From Lachnospiraceae bacterium (lineage in GTDB: Bacteria; Bacillota_I; Bacilli_A; RFN20; CAG-449): a DNA stretch of 51,956 nt. The notes below the pieces were generated by a model. The model had not been told where the DNA came from and ran no database searches. It saw only the letters and a program-made list of their open reading frames with translations. The position numbers and the translations under genes were made by a program. Location: positions 1 through 51,956 of the forward strand of contig CAVJGK010000002.1 of the NCBI GenBank assembly GCA_963648895.1. Reading direction: 5' to 3'. This document shows, piece by piece, positions 29,843 through 40,818 of the stretch (position 1 is its first letter; each line of letters begins with the position of its first letter).

Positions 29843-30028
29843 CTACCATGAAGATTTAGTCATACCTGGGATTTCACCTTTGTATGCTAAATTTCTTAAA
29901 CAAATACGGCAAACGCCGAATTTTCTAATTACTGAATGTGGACGACCACAAATTTTACAACGTGAATATTCTCTTACCTTAAATTTTTGAGGACGAGATT
30001 GTTTAACTTTTAATGATTTTTTTGCCAT
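29843..30028 (-). CDS. rpsN: 30S ribosomal protein S14, short type-Z zinc form (61 aa)
   Basis: ORF track; [22 protein letters not shown] (CxxC...CxxC). Confidence 0.95.
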   Translation of the reverse strand: MAKKSLKVKQSRPQKFKVREYSRCKICGRPHSVIRKFGVCRICLRNLAYKGEIPGMTKSSW

Positions 30029-30045
30029 ACTTTCTTATCCCCTTT

Positions 30046-30585
30046 CTATTTATGGAATGGCATACCTAATGCTTCTAATAATGTGTATGCTTCTTTATCT
30101 GTATTAGCTGTTGTAACAATTACAATATCCATACCTCTGATCTTGCCGATTTTATCGAAATCAATTTCAGGGAAAATTAATTGTTCTTTAATACCTAATG
30201 TGTAGTTACCTCTGCCATCGAATGCATTTTTAGATACACCACGGAAGTCTCTAACTCTTGGTAAAGAAATAGAAACGAGTTTATCTAAGAATTCATACAT
30301 TCTTTCGCCTCTTAAAGTTACTTTACAACCAATTGCTTGGCCTTCTCTTAACTTGAATGAAGCGATAGATTTTTTAGCTTTAGTAATTACTGGTTTTTGA
30401 CCAGAGATGATTGTTAAATCTCTTACTGCGTCATCTAATAATTTGGAGTTGCTAGTTGCATCACCAACACCTAAATTGATAACAATTTTAGATACTGCTG
30501 GTACTTGCATAACTGAATCATAATGATATGTATCCATTAATTTAGCAACGACTTCTGACTTATATTTATCTTTTAAACGTGCCAT
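30046..30585 (-). CDS. rplE: 50S ribosomal protein L5
   Basis: ORF track; canonical position and N-terminus MARLKDKY. Confidence 0.95.
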   Translation of the reverse strand: MARLKDKYKSEVVAKLMDTYHYDSVMQVPAVSKIVINLGVGDATSNSKLLDDAVRDLTIISGQKPVITKAKKSIASFKLREGQAIGCKVTLRGERMYEFLDKLVSISLPRVRDFRGVSKNAFDGRGNYTLGIKEQLIFPEIDFDKIGKIRGMDIVIVTTANTDKEAYTLLEALGMPFHK

Positions 30586-30598
30586 TTTCAGTTACCTC

Positions 30599-30904
30599 CT
30601 ATAATGCTTTGCCGGTTTTTTTGTTAACACGGACTTTTTTACCATCAACTACTTTGTAGCCAACTTTAACAACTTTCTTTGCTTTTTCATCATATAAAGC
30701 AACGTTAGATGCATCAACTGGAGCATACATTTCAATGATTTGACCTTCTGGATTTGATTGAGAAGGTTTTTGATGTTTTTTAACAGTGTGGACACCGTCA
30801 ACAACAACTCTATTTAATTTTGGGAAAACTTTTTGAATTGTTCCGACTTTGCCTTTGTCTGCGCCTGCAATAATCTTAACTTTATCGCCTTTTTTTAACT
30901 TCAT
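30599..30904 (-). CDS. rplX: 50S ribosomal protein L24
   Basis: ORF track; KKGDKVKIIAGADKGK (KOW motif). Confidence 0.95.
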   Translation of the reverse strand: MKLKKGDKVKIIAGADKGKVGTIQKVFPKLNRVVVDGVHTVKKHQKPSQSNPEGQIIEMYAPVDASNVALYDEKAKKVVKVGYKVVDGKKVRVNKKTGKAL

Positions 30905-30918
30905 ACTAGCGCTTCCTC

Positions 30919-31293
30919 CTATAAGACTTCTGGTGCTAAGGAAATAATTTTCATAAATCCTTCACCCTTATCACGTAATTCACGAGCTACTGGTCCGAAA
31001 ACACGTGTGCCACGAGGTGTGCCATCATCATTAATTAAGACAACAGCGTTATCATCGAAGCTAACATTTGAACCATCTGGTCTTCTAACATTTTTTGCAG
31101 TTCTTACGATGACACCTTTAACGACATCACCTTTTTTGATCTTACCATTTGGGATTGCATCCTTTACTGCGCAAAGAACGATATCACCAACTGATGAAGA
31201 TTTTCTTTTAGAACCGCCGTATAAACGGAAGACACGTACTGATCTTGCACCTGAGTTATCAGCGACAACTAAGTTTGTTTCTGTTTGAATCAT
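30919..31293 (-). CDS. rplN: 50S ribosomal protein L14
   Basis: ORF track; [16 protein letters not shown]. Confidence 0.95.
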   Translation of the reverse strand: MIQTETNLVVADNSGARSVRVFRLYGGSKRKSSSVGDIVLCAVKDAIPNGKIKKGDVVKGVIVRTAKNVRRPDGSNVSFDDNAVVLINDDGTPRGTRVFGPVARELRDKGEGFMKIISLAPEVL

Positions 31294-31311
31294 ACTCTAT
31301 CCTCCTTATAC

Positions 31312-31578
31312 TTATTTAACATCTTCTGCGTGAGAAACAACTTTAACTAATCTAAAGTGTTTTGTAGCAGATAATTTTCTTGTTTCCATGATTTGAACTG
31401 TATCACCTAATTGGCATACATTTTCTTCATCATGTGCGTAATATTTTTTACGGTATTTAACTCTCTTACCGTATTTAGCATCTTTTTTATGAGTTTCAAC
31501 TAAAACGGTAATTGTTTTATCACATTTATTAGCGACTACAACGCCTTGAATAACTCTACGAGTATTTCTTTCTTCCAT
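31312..31578 (-). CDS. rpsQ: 30S ribosomal protein S17
   Basis: ORF track; position and YYAHDEEN block. Confidence 0.95.
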   Translation of the reverse strand: MEERNTRRVIQGVVVANKCDKTITVLVETHKKDAKYGKRVKYRKKYYAHDEENVCQLGDTVQIMETRKLSATKHFRLVKVVSHAEDVK

Positions 31579-31593
31579 GCTTTAGTCCTCCTC

Positions 31594-31791
31594 TTATTCA
31601 ATGCCAAGTTCGCGTTCTTTTAATACTGTATAAATACGAGCAATAGTTTTACGAACTTCTGTGATTTTTTTGCCATTTTCTAATTGGCCTGTTGCGTGTT
31701 GGAAACGTAATTGTAATAATTCTTGTTTTAATTCATAGACTTTTGAATTTAATTCATCATTAGTCATTTCTTTAATTTCTGAAATTTTCAT
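31594..31791 (-). CDS. rpmC: 50S ribosomal protein L29
   Basis: ORF track; 65 aa, ELKQELLQLRFQ. Confidence 0.93.
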   Translation of the reverse strand: MKISEIKEMTNDELNSKVYELKQELLQLRFQHATGQLENGKKITEVRKTIARIYTVLKERELGIE

Positions 31792-31793
31792 AA

Positions 31794-32210
31794 TTATTTT
31801 GTTTCTCCTTTCGCAACGACTTTTGTTTTAAGTGGTAATTTGTAGCTAGCTAAACGTAATGCTTCTCTAGCTGTAGCTTCGTCGATTCCACCGATTTCGA
31901 ACATAACTCTACCTGTTTTGACAACTGCAACCCATTGATCAAGTGAACCTTTACCAGAACCCATACGAACTTCTGCAGGTTTCTTTGTTTTTGCTAATTG
32001 TGGGAAGATTCTGATCCAGATTTGACCAGATCTTTTTGTGTATCTTGCTAAGACGATACGAGCAGCTTCAATTTGACGAGCTGTAATCCAGTTTCCGGAG
32101 ACAGCTTGAAGTCCGAATTCACCAAATGATACTTCGTTACCTGCTTTAGATAAACCTTCGTATTTGATTGAATGTGGTCTTCTATATTTAACTCTTTTTG
32201 GTTGTAACAT
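31794..32210 (-). CDS. rplP: 50S ribosomal protein L16
   Basis: ORF track; [11 protein letters not shown]. Confidence 0.95.
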   Translation of the reverse strand: MLQPKRVKYRRPHSIKYEGLSKAGNEVSFGEFGLQAVSGNWITARQIEAARIVLARYTKRSGQIWIRIFPQLAKTKKPAEVRMGSGKGSLDQWVAVVKTGRVMFEIGGIDEATAREALRLASYKLPLKTKVVAKGETK

Positions 32211-32216
32211 AGTTAA

Positions 32217-32891
32217 CTATTCTCCTTTCTTTTCAACTGGTTTTTCAGCTTTTTGGAAATTTTTGCTTAAACCACGGCAGATCCAGACTTTGCAGCCTAA
32301 TTTACCATAAGTTGTAGCAGCTTCTGCTAATGCGTAGTCAACGTCCATTCTTAATGTATGAAGTGAAACTACACCTTCTTTATATCCTTCAGCACGAGCA
32401 ATATCTGCACCTGCTAAACGACCAGAGATTGAAGTTTTAACGCCTAATGCGCCAGCTTTCATAACTCTTTGAATTGCTTTCTTTTGAACATTTCTGAAAG
32501 ATGCTCTTGCTTCAAGTTGAGCAGCCATGTCTTGAGCGACAATGTTTGCATCTAAACTTGGGTTTTTGATTTCGACTACTGATAATTTAACAGAGCCATT
32601 TGAAACCATTTTTGATACTTTTGTTTGTAATGCTTTAACGTTTGCACCATCTTGTCCAAGTACAACACCTGGGCGAGCTGTGAAGATAGAAACGATTGTA
32701 TCGTGATCTTTCTTTCTTTCAATTTCAATGTGTGAAACTAATGCATCTTTTAATTCTTTTGAAAGATAAGTTCTGATTTTGTAGTCTTCGTTTAAGAAAT
32801 CTGCGAAATCTTTTTTGTTTGCGAACCATCTAGAATTCCAATCACGGCTGATGCCGATTCTCATTCCAACTGGATTAACTTTTTGACCCAT
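32217..32891 (-). CDS. rpsC: 30S ribosomal protein S3 (224 aa from the ATG at 32891)
   Basis: ORF track ORF 32217-32918. The ATG at 32891 gives the canonical MGQKVNPVGMRIG and follows an AGGAGG RBS. It lies just after the rplV stop, whereas the longer ORF would overlap rplV. Confidence 0.93.
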   Translation of the reverse strand: MGQKVNPVGMRIGISRDWNSRWFANKKDFADFLNEDYKIRTYLSKELKDALVSHIEIERKKDHDTIVSIFTARPGVVLGQDGANVKALQTKVSKMVSNGSVKLSVVEIKNPSLDANIVAQDMAAQLEARASFRNVQKKAIQRVMKAGALGVKTSISGRLAGADIARAEGYKEGVVSLHTLRMDVDYALAEAATTYGKLGCKVWICRGLSKNFQKAEKPVEKKGE

Positions 32892-32904
32892 TTGATTCTT
32901 CCTC

Positions 32905-33237
32905 CTATCTTTCTGCAACCACTACAGTGATGTGGCTTGTTCTCTTGACGTATGTATCTGCAGAACCTTTAGCTCTTGGCATATATCTCTTTAGTCTTGG
33001 ACCTTCATTTGCATAAATAGTCTTAACATAGAGTTTTGATTCATCCATCTTGTTATTGTTAACAGCATTTGCTGCTGCTGATTTGATTAATTTTGCGACA
33101 ACTGGTGAGCTTGATTTGTTTAAGTTAGCTAAGATGCCTAATGCATCTGCAACTGACTTACCTCTAACTAAATCAATTACTAATTGTACTTTTCTAGGAG
33201 TGATACGGACTCCAGTTACTTTTGCTGTTGCTTCCAT
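32905..33237 (-). CDS. rplV: 50S ribosomal protein L22
   Basis: ORF track; position and ITPRKVQLVIDLVRGK. Confidence 0.95.
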   Translation of the reverse strand: MEATAKVTGVRITPRKVQLVIDLVRGKSVADALGILANLNKSSSPVVAKLIKSAAANAVNNNKMDESKLYVKTIYANEGPRLKRYMPRAKGSADTYVKRTSHITVVVAER

Positions 33238-33247
33238 GTCTTACCTC

Positions 33248-33532
33248 CTACTTAGCTGCTCTATCTTCAGCGTTGTTACCGCTATGTCCTTTGAATGTTC
33301 TAGTTGGAGCAAATTCACCTAATTTGTGTCCAACCATATCTTCTGTAACATAGACAGTGATAAATTCATGACCATTATATACTGCGAAAGAATGTTCAAT
33401 GAATGCTGGGAAAATTGTTGATCTTCTTGACCATGTTTTAATTAATTCTTTTTTGTGAGCCGCATTTAATGCTTCGACTTTCTTCATTAAGTGTTCGTCG
33501 CAGAATGGACCCTTCTTTAAACTACGTGCCAT
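33248..33532 (-). CDS. rpsS: 30S ribosomal protein S19
   Basis: ORF track; [26 protein letters not shown]. Confidence 0.95.
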   Translation of the reverse strand: MARSLKKGPFCDEHLMKKVEALNAAHKKELIKTWSRRSTIFPAFIEHSFAVYNGHEFITVYVTEDMVGHKLGEFAPTRTFKGHSGNNAEDRAAK

Positions 33533-33550
33533 AATTCATTTACTCCTTTC

Positions 33551-34393
33551 CTATAATGCTTTACCGCCATTAGCTCTTCTTACAATTAATTTGCTTGAAG
33601 CTTTTTTGGACTTTCTTGTCTTAACGCCCATTGCACGTTTACCCCAAGGTGTTCTTGGTGCATCACGACCGACTGGACATTTACCTTCACCACCACCGTG
33701 TGGGTGATCGTTAGGGTTCATAACAGAACCTCTGACTGTTGGTCTTACGCCATACCATCTATTTTTACCAGCTTTACCAAAGTTGATTAAGTTCCAATCT
33801 TCATTACCGACTACACCGATTGTTGCGCGGCAAGCAGATAAAACTTTTCTAACTTCACCTGAAGCTAAACGTAATGTTGTATATTTACCTTCATTACCTA
33901 AAACTTGAGCAGATGTACCAGCAGCTCTACACATTTGGCCACCTTTTAATGGTTGAAGTTCAACATTGTGTACGAATGTACCTTCTGGGATATTTGCAAG
34001 AGGCATTGCATTACCTACTTTAATATCACATGCTTCGCCAGATTCAATTTTGTCTCCGACTTTTAAGCCTTGAGGTGCTAAGATATATCTCTTTTCACCA
34101 TCAGCATAATTGATTAAGCAAATGTTTGCGTTTCTATTTGGATCATATTCGACTGTTGCGACTGTACCTACGATTCCATCTTTATTTCTCTTGAAATCAA
34201 TAACACGGTATTTTCTTTTGTTACCACCGCCGATGTGACGGCATGTGATAGCACCAGTGTTATTACGTCCACCAGTTTTCTTAATAGAAACTAATAAACT
34301 TTTTTCAGGAGTAGCTGTTGTAATTTCGCTAAATGTTGATTGAGTCATAGCACGACGGCTTGGAGTCGTTGGTTTATAACTTTTAATTGGCAT
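33551..34393 (-). CDS. rplB: 50S ribosomal protein L2
   Basis: ORF track; [19 protein letters not shown]. Confidence 0.95.
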   Translation of the reverse strand: MPIKSYKPTTPSRRAMTQSTFSEITTATPEKSLLVSIKKTGGRNNTGAITCRHIGGGNKRKYRVIDFKRNKDGIVGTVATVEYDPNRNANICLINYADGEKRYILAPQGLKVGDKIESGEACDIKVGNAMPLANIPEGTFVHNVELQPLKGGQMCRAAGTSAQVLGNEGKYTTLRLASGEVRKVLSACRATIGVVGNEDWNLINFGKAGKNRWYGVRPTVRGSVMNPNDHPHGGGEGKCPVGRDAPRTPWGKRAMGVKTRKSKKASSKLIVRRANGGKAL

Positions 34394-34426
34394 ACTATTT
34401 ATTTTCTCCTATATTCGGCCTTAGCC

Positions 34427-34762
34427 TTATTCATTAACTACATTAATTTGATCAGCAGCGTTAATTGTAACAACTGCTTTTTTGTAACCGCCGACTTTAC
34501 CTTCGTAGCGGCCTACTCTCTTTGCCTTAGGGAGTACATTGATAATCTTTACATCGTCAACTTTGACTTGGAAGATTTCTTGAACTGCAATTTTAACTTG
34601 AGCTTTGTTAGCGTTTTTAGCAACTTTTAAAGTGATTTTGTGTTCTTCTTGTTGTTGCTTCATTGTTTTTTCAGTAACAATTGGAGCTAAGATAATATCA
34701 AAGCTATTGATTTGTGGAGCTGCGAATTTTTTTTCAGCAACTGCTTCTGTTTTCTTTGCCAT
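34427..34762 (-). CDS. rplW: 50S ribosomal protein L23 (111 aa, short N-terminal extension)
   Basis: ORF track; DIILAPIVTEKTM; start overlaps the rplD stop. Confidence 0.9.
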   Translation of the reverse strand: MAKKTEAVAEKKFAAPQINSFDIILAPIVTEKTMKQQQEEHKITLKVAKNANKAQVKIAVQEIFQVKVDDVKIINVLPKAKRVGRYEGKVGGYKKAVVTINAADQINVVNE

Positions 34763-35400
34763 TATTTAAGTCCTCCTTCTACTGATTCGATTGCATCTTT
34801 TGTGAAGATAACGCTATTTGTATTTAAGATGTCATAAACACTTAAATTGTTTGATTTAACAATAACAACGCCTGGGATATTTCTAACTGAAGCGATTAAG
34901 TTATCGTTTTCATCATTAATAACAATTAATGATTTTGCTTTTGCATTAACACTTGCTAATACTTTTGCACCTTCTTTTGTAGATGGTGCTTCGAAGTTGA
35001 ATGAATCAACAACGATGATATCTTTGCTTGCAGCTTTGATTGATAAAGCTGACTTAAGTGCTAAAGCATGTTCTTTCTTGTTTTGAGCAAGTTTGAAGTT
35101 TTGGTTACCTCTTGGGCCAAATACAACTCCACCTTTTCTCCAAATTGGTGAACGTGAAGAACCAGCTCTTGCTCTACCTGTACCTTTTTGTCTCCATGGT
35201 TTTTTACCGCCACCAGAAACTTCAGAACGGTTTAATGTTTTAGCAGTAGCTTGTCTCATATTTGATTGATAAACTTGTACTGCATTGAACATAGCTTGGT
35301 TGTTTGCGTCAATTCCGAAGACGTCTACGCTAACTTTAACATTGCCTTTGTCTTCGCCTAATTGGTTAACAACTTTTAATGTAATGTTTTTTGTTGCCAT
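34762..35400 (-). CDS. rplD: 50S ribosomal protein L4
   Basis: ORF track; KKPWRQKGTGRARAGS. Confidence 0.95.
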   Translation of the reverse strand: MATKNITLKVVNQLGEDKGNVKVSVDVFGIDANNQAMFNAVQVYQSNMRQATAKTLNRSEVSGGGKKPWRQKGTGRARAGSSRSPIWRKGGVVFGPRGNQNFKLAQNKKEHALALKSALSIKAASKDIIVVDSFNFEAPSTKEGAKVLASVNAKAKSLIVINDENDNLIASVRNIPGVVIVKSNNLSVYDILNTNSVIFTKDAIESVEGGLK

Positions 35401-35402
35401 AC

Positions 35403-36116
35403 TTATTTATCCTCTCCGCTTTCATTAACTACTTCAGCAACTGCTGGTGTGTAATTAACTAATGGCTTAACTACTGGTTTTGTTCTTTGAACTTTTACTG
35501 CTGATTTGATTGTTACCATTGATTTCTTAGGGCCTGGGATTGCTCCTTTTACTAAGATTGCATTGTTAACTGAATCTACTGCAATAATTGTTAAATTTGA
35601 AATTGTTGCTTGTTTATTACCTGCATGTCCTGGCATTTTCTTACCTTTCATAACGCCACGGTTATAACGACCGTTTGTTGCGAAAGAACCTGAACCTCTG
35701 TGGTATCCTGAACCATGACCTTTAGGACCGATTGTGAAGTGCCATCTCTTGATTGCACCACTGAAGCCTTTACCTTTTGAAGTTCCAGTTACATCAACTA
35801 CATCTCCTGCTTGGAAAATGTCACATTTGATTTCTGAACCAACTGCATAAGACATCATTTCGTCGCCTTTTAATTCAGCAATTTCGTATTTTGGTGAAAC
35901 ACCTGCTTTTTTGAAAATTCCTAATTCTGCTTTGTTGCAGCGATTTTCTTTTTTATCTTCGTATCCGACTTGGATTGCATTGTAGTCGTCTGTTTCAGTT
36001 GTCTTAACTTGTAATACAACGTTTGGTAATACTTCAACTACTGTGACAGGGTACATTGTGCCATCTTCAGCGAATACTTGAGTCATACCCATTTTTCTAC
36101 CTAAAATTGATTTCAT
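35403..36116 (-). CDS. rplC: 50S ribosomal protein L3
   Basis: ORF track; ILGRKMGMTQVF, GKGFSGAIKRW. Confidence 0.95.
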   Translation of the reverse strand: MKSILGRKMGMTQVFAEDGTMYPVTVVEVLPNVVLQVKTTETDDYNAIQVGYEDKKENRCNKAELGIFKKAGVSPKYEIAELKGDEMMSYAVGSEIKCDIFQAGDVVDVTGTSKGKGFSGAIKRWHFTIGPKGHGSGYHRGSGSFATNGRYNRGVMKGKKMPGHAGNKQATISNLTIIAVDSVNNAILVKGAIPGPKKSMVTIKSAVKVQRTKPVVKPLVNYTPAVAEVVNESGEDK

Positions 36117-36136
36117 ATTGGTCTCCTGTCTCCTTC

Positions 36137-36445
36137 CTACTTGAGTTCGATGTCAACACCTGCTGGAAGATCCATGTGTGTTAATGCATCGATTGTTTGT
36201 TTTGTTGGATTAACGATATCGATAATTCTTTTGTGAGTTCTAATTTCGAATTGTTCGCGAGCATCTTTGTATTTGTGAACTGCACGTAAGATTGTATAAA
36301 CTTGTTTCTCTGTTGGTAGAGGAATAGGTCCTACAACTGTTGCTCCTGTTGATTTCGCTGCTGTGATGATCTTGTCAACTGAGATGTCTAAGACTTTGTG
36401 ATCATAAGCTTGTAAGCGAATTCTGATTTTTTTGCTTTTTGCCAT
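36137..36445 (-). CDS. rpsJ: 30S ribosomal protein S10
   Basis: ORF track; [15 protein letters not shown]; first gene of the cluster. Confidence 0.95.
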   Translation of the reverse strand: MAKSKKIRIRLQAYDHKVLDISVDKIITAAKSTGATVVGPIPLPTEKQVYTILRAVHKYKDAREQFEIRTHKRIIDIVNPTKQTIDALTHMDLPAGVDIELK

Positions 36446-36590
36446 TTTTAATCTCCTTCTTGTCTAGATCGTTGTTAGACTTCCGCTTCATGTGAGTTAC
36501 CTGAATTTCGAAGTTTCGTTGCGGCTGACAACGGCTGTCGGCGTTCAGCAATCTCCCACTTCAACGCGGTTAATCTTTTAAAGACTAGCC
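36446..36590 (-). promoter_or_regulatory. structured, G+C-rich 5' leader of the S10 operon (candidate ribosomal-protein autoregulatory leader)
   Basis: lies between a near-consensus promoter and the rpsJ RBS; clearly more G+C-rich than its surroundings; several nested or competing helices can be drawn by hand (GUGGG/CUCAC, CUGAA/UUCAG, GACA/UGUC, CGUUG/CAACG, GAAGU/ACUUC, GUCUA/UAGAC next to the RBS); no U-tract terminator. Confidence 0.5.
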
Positions 36591-36595
36591 CCTAA

Positions 36596-36624
36596 ATTCT
36601 ACTCTAAGGCAATATATATGTCAA
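36596..36624 (-). promoter_or_regulatory. strong sigma-A promoter of the S10-spc-alpha cluster (TTGACA-17-TAGAAT, with an upstream A-tract)
   Basis: minus strand AAAAAAAATAG-TTGACA (36624-36619), 17-nt spacer, TAGAAT (36601-36596). Confidence 0.7.
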
Positions 36625-36764
36625 CTATTTTTTTTAAATATTTTACGCAATTGGAAAATAATTATTTTTTGCGATACATAATATATTATATATATTATAT
36701 ATTTCAGTCTTTTTTTATCGTTTTATTGACAACATTTATTGGTGTTTCATAAATTTTATAAAAG

Positions 36765-36814
36765 AAAAAATGACCTACAATGAGTGTGATTTTGCCTCAT
36801 TTTTGGTCATTTTA
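36765..36814 (-). terminator. rho-independent terminator ending the tgt-queA-queH operon
   Basis: minus strand AAAATGACC..AATGAG-GCAAAATCACA-CTCATT..GGTCATTTT followed by a T run, immediately after the stop at 36815. Confidence 0.65.
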
Positions 36815-37474
36815 TTAGTCTTTTGTATTAAATAATATGTGTTCGTAGATGTATTTTGTTGTCTCTTTACCTAATTTTTTAACAAATAAATCGGTAGAAA
36901 CACCTCCATAAGTCAATAAATCATCCACATATTTTTGATTGTGAAGTCCTTTTTTACTTATTTCTACATCTTTAGAAGTTAAATATTCATCGATAATAAG
37001 GTTAATAAATCTATTAGTTTGTTCTTCTAATAACTTTAAATCTTCCTTACTATGTCCTAATTTTCTAATAGTAAATGGCAATAAATATTTATCCATTTCA
37101 TTTGGTTTAGTTTCATAATTAGGTATATTTTTAATAGCTTCACTTCTAGATAAATACTCACCATAGTCTTTATTTGAATCTAGCAAAGTATCATATATTT
37201 CATATAAATAATATTTCTTACCCATCATATGCATTTTATCATATGAGAACAATGGTATATCTTTATTTGAGGAAGTAAAAACAACGGTGTTAAGTTTAAT
37301 TAAGCCAAACATTCCTTTGCCATCTAAAATAGATAAATAAGTATGTTCATCTACTTTAAATTTTCTAAAATGAACTTTAATAGGTCCTACTTTGTAATTA
37401 GAGTTAGATTTTAAATCCACTTCTTCTAATTTAAGTTTATTAGAAAATAATTCCAATATTTTATTTATTTCCAT
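36815..37474 (-). CDS. hypothetical soluble protein (219 aa), overlaps the queH 3' end
   Basis: ORF track; no family I can name with confidence; its ATG overlaps the end of queH by 14 nt, so it is co-transcribed. Confidence 0.6.
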   Translation of the reverse strand: MEINKILELFSNKLKLEEVDLKSNSNYKVGPIKVHFRKFKVDEHTYLSILDGKGMFGLIKLNTVVFTSSNKDIPLFSYDKMHMMGKKYYLYEIYDTLLDSNKDYGEYLSRSEAIKNIPNYETKPNEMDKYLLPFTIRKLGHSKEDLKLLEEQTNRFINLIIDEYLTSKDVEISKKGLHNQKYVDDLLTYGGVSTDLFVKKLGKETTKYIYEHILFNTKD

Positions 37475-38135
37475 CTTCTAATTCCTTTTGCTTTAGTCTT
37501 TTTAAATATCTTGCATATGAATAAATACATCCGCAGTATTGTTGAGCATAAAGATCATATTCTTTTCTAAGTTCACTAGCTCTTAGTTGGCCATTATTCT
37601 TTTTAAAATCAGAATAGAAATATTTGGTTTTATATTTACTAGATAATTCTTTTCCTATTTGGTTCATCACTTGTGAATTCTTTTGTCTTGAGATTGTCAT
37701 AACTGTTGCGAAATAATCAAAGTCATGTTCATCTGCATAAGCATATGCTTGATCCATTCTAACTTTGTAACATCTTTGACATCTTTCTAATCCTTCATCT
37801 TGATCACCGTATTCATCAAGAATCTTATTATATGCTTTATTGTCATAAGGGAATTCAACTAGTTCAATATCAAAGTTATATTTCTCTTTTGATATCGCTA
37901 TTACCTTCTTTAATTCATTCAATCTTCTAAAATATTCTTCTTCTGGATAGATATTAGAATTGGTATAGATAATTGTCGCTTTAGAAAAATACTTGCTTAA
38001 AAATTCGATTGGAAAGCATGCGCAAGGTCCGCAGCAAGCATGAAGAGCGATATTAGGTTTATGTTCACCAAATGATTTAATCTCTTCTAAAGATATATTG
38101 TAATAATTAATATAATTAGTCTTATCGATTGCCAT
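37461..38135 (-). CDS. queH: epoxyqueuosine reductase QueH (DUF208 type)
   Basis: ORF track ORF 37461-38156 begins at a TTG. Hallmark LHACCGPCA and C-terminal CGCIYS cysteines. I prefer the ATG at 38135 (MAIDKTNY...) but the start is uncertain (alternatives 38150 and 38156). Confidence 0.8.
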   Translation of the reverse strand: MAIDKTNYINYYNISLEEIKSFGEHKPNIALHACCGPCACFPIEFLSKYFSKATIIYTNSNIYPEEEYFRRLNELKKVIAISKEKYNFDIELVEFPYDNKAYNKILDEYGDQDEGLERCQRCYKVRMDQAYAYADEHDFDYFATVMTISRQKNSQVMNQIGKELSSKYKTKYFYSDFKKNNGQLRASELRKEYDLYAQQYCGCIYSYARYLKRLKQKELEDGNK

Positions 38136-39174
38136 AAATAAACATTGCATCTCCAAAGCTAAAGAAGCGATATTTTTCTTTTACTGCTTCATTATATGCT
38201 TTTAGGATAAATTCTCTTCCTGCAAGGGCACTTACTAGCATTATTAAAGTCGACTTTGGTAAATGGAAGTTAGTAATTAAAGCATCAATACCTTTAAATG
38301 TATATCCAGGATAAATAAAGATAGAAGTTTCTCCACGGCATTCTTTAAATTCACCATATTTTTGAATAACTGTTTCAACAGTTCTAGTGGAAGTAGTACC
38401 AATTGCAATAATTCTTCTTCCTTCTTTTTTTGCTTTATTTAATTCATCTGCAGTTTCTTTAGACATTTCATATACTTCTGAATGCATATGATGTTCTAAG
38501 ATGTTATTTACCTTAACTGGTCTAAAAGTACCAAGTCCTACATGTAAAGTAACATCGACGACAATAACGCCTTTTGCTTTTAATTTTTCAAATAATTCTT
38601 CAGTGAAATGGAATCCAGCAGTAGGAGCTGCTGCACTACCTTCTATTTTTGCATAGACTGTTTGATAACGAGAATTATCTGCGCATTGAGCTTTAATATA
38701 TGGAGGTAAAGGCATTTTACCTAATACATCTAATATTTCAAATAAGATACCATTGTAGATTAATTTTAATCTTCTAATACCTTCGTTTAATACTTCTTTA
38801 CATTCCGCTTTTAATTCACCATTACCAAAAGAAATAATAGTTCCGACTTTAATAACATGGGCATTTCCACATAAACATTCCCAAGTATCTTCTCCTAAGT
38901 CTTTTAAAAGTAATACTTCAACATGAGCGTTAGTAACTTCTTTTACACCAAATAATCTAGCAGGAATAACTTTAGAATTATTTCTTACTAAAACATCCCC
39001 TTCATGAAGGTAGTTAATAATATCATAGAAATGATGATGTTCAATAGTTTGTTCACTCTTATTTAAAACCATTAAACGAGATTCATCTCTTACTTTTGCA
39101 GGGCTTTGAGCGATTAATTCTTCTGGTAATTCATAATCGTAATTTTCAATATCCATTAAATCTATTTCAGCCAT
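38122..39174 (-). CDS. queA: S-adenosylmethionine:tRNA ribosyltransferase-isomerase (350 aa from the ATG at 39174)
   Basis: ORF track ORF 38122-39195. The ATG at 39174 follows AAAGAGGA and lies 1 nt after the tgt stop. [35 protein letters not shown]. Confidence 0.92.
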   Translation of the reverse strand: MAEIDLMDIENYDYELPEELIAQSPAKVRDESRLMVLNKSEQTIEHHHFYDIINYLHEGDVLVRNNSKVIPARLFGVKEVTNAHVEVLLLKDLGEDTWECLCGNAHVIKVGTIISFGNGELKAECKEVLNEGIRRLKLIYNGILFEILDVLGKMPLPPYIKAQCADNSRYQTVYAKIEGSAAAPTAGFHFTEELFEKLKAKGVIVVDVTLHVGLGTFRPVKVNNILEHHMHSEVYEMSKETADELNKAKKEGRRIIAIGTTSTRTVETVIQKYGEFKECRGETSIFIYPGYTFKGIDALITNFHLPKSTLIMLVSALAGREFILKAYNEAVKEKYRFFSFGDAMFIYGNR

Positions 39175-39175
39175 A

Positions 39176-40315
<1,140 letters not shown>

Positions 40316-40355
40316 CTAAAATTGCTTATTCATTATACTTTAGTAATTTAATTTT

Positions 40356-40769
40356 TTAAACAATTATTCCTAATGTATGATCTATTTCATGTTGAATGAT
40401 TTGACAAACAAATCCTTCAAATGTTTTTATTCTCTTTTTAAAATCTTCATCCAGATAAGAAACTTTAATCTTTTCATATCTTTTAGTTTCTATTTGTTTA
40501 TTTCTACATAAACATCCTTCTTTAGTAACATATGGTAATCCAAATGTATTAATAATTTGAGGATTTACCATAATAAAAGGTTTTTCATCTATTAATATCA
40601 CAATGATATTTTTTAATTCTCCAATCATGTTACCTGCCATACCTACACATCTAGATTTATTAGCCATCAAAGTATCTTTTAAATCTTGAATAATGTATTT
40701 ATCTTCAATAGTTGCATCTATCGATTTTAAAGAAAGAAATTTATCATCTTTAATAATATTTTTAATCAT
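40356..40769 (-). CDS. short peptide-deformylase-like protein (137 aa from the ATG at 40769)
   Basis: ORF track ORF 40356-40778 starts at a GTG that is part of the AGGTGA RBS for the ATG at 40769. It has PDF motif 2 (EGCLC) and motif 3 (QHEIDH), but motif 1 is degenerate (GMAGNMIG, no Gln). Confidence 0.7.
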   Translation of the reverse strand: MIKNIIKDDKFLSLKSIDATIEDKYIIQDLKDTLMANKSRCVGMAGNMIGELKNIIVILIDEKPFIMVNPQIINTFGLPYVTKEGCLCRNKQIETKRYEKIKVSYLDEDFKKRIKTFEGFVCQIIQHEIDHTLGIIV

Positions 40770-40793
40770 TTTTATCACCTAGATTATTATAGC

Positions 40794-40814
40794 AAAAAAG
40801 AGGCATAAGCCTCT
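40794..40814 (-). terminator. rho-independent terminator after the amino-acid ABC operon
   Basis: minus strand AGAGGC-TTAT-GCCTCT followed by TTTTTT; the T run leads into TGCTATAAT (extended -10) for the def-like gene. Confidence 0.75.
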
Positions 40815-40818
40815 ATAA

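Noticed and set aside
36446-36590. The G+C-rich segment upstream of rpsJ as an independent housekeeping RNA gene (SRP/4.5S, 6S, RNase P fragment)
   Set aside because: I could not find the SRP domain IV signature (GGAA tetraloop flanked by the AGGUCC/AGCAGC type loops) on either strand. The segment sits exactly between a strong promoter and the rpsJ RBS with no terminator, so a 5' leader is the simpler reading.
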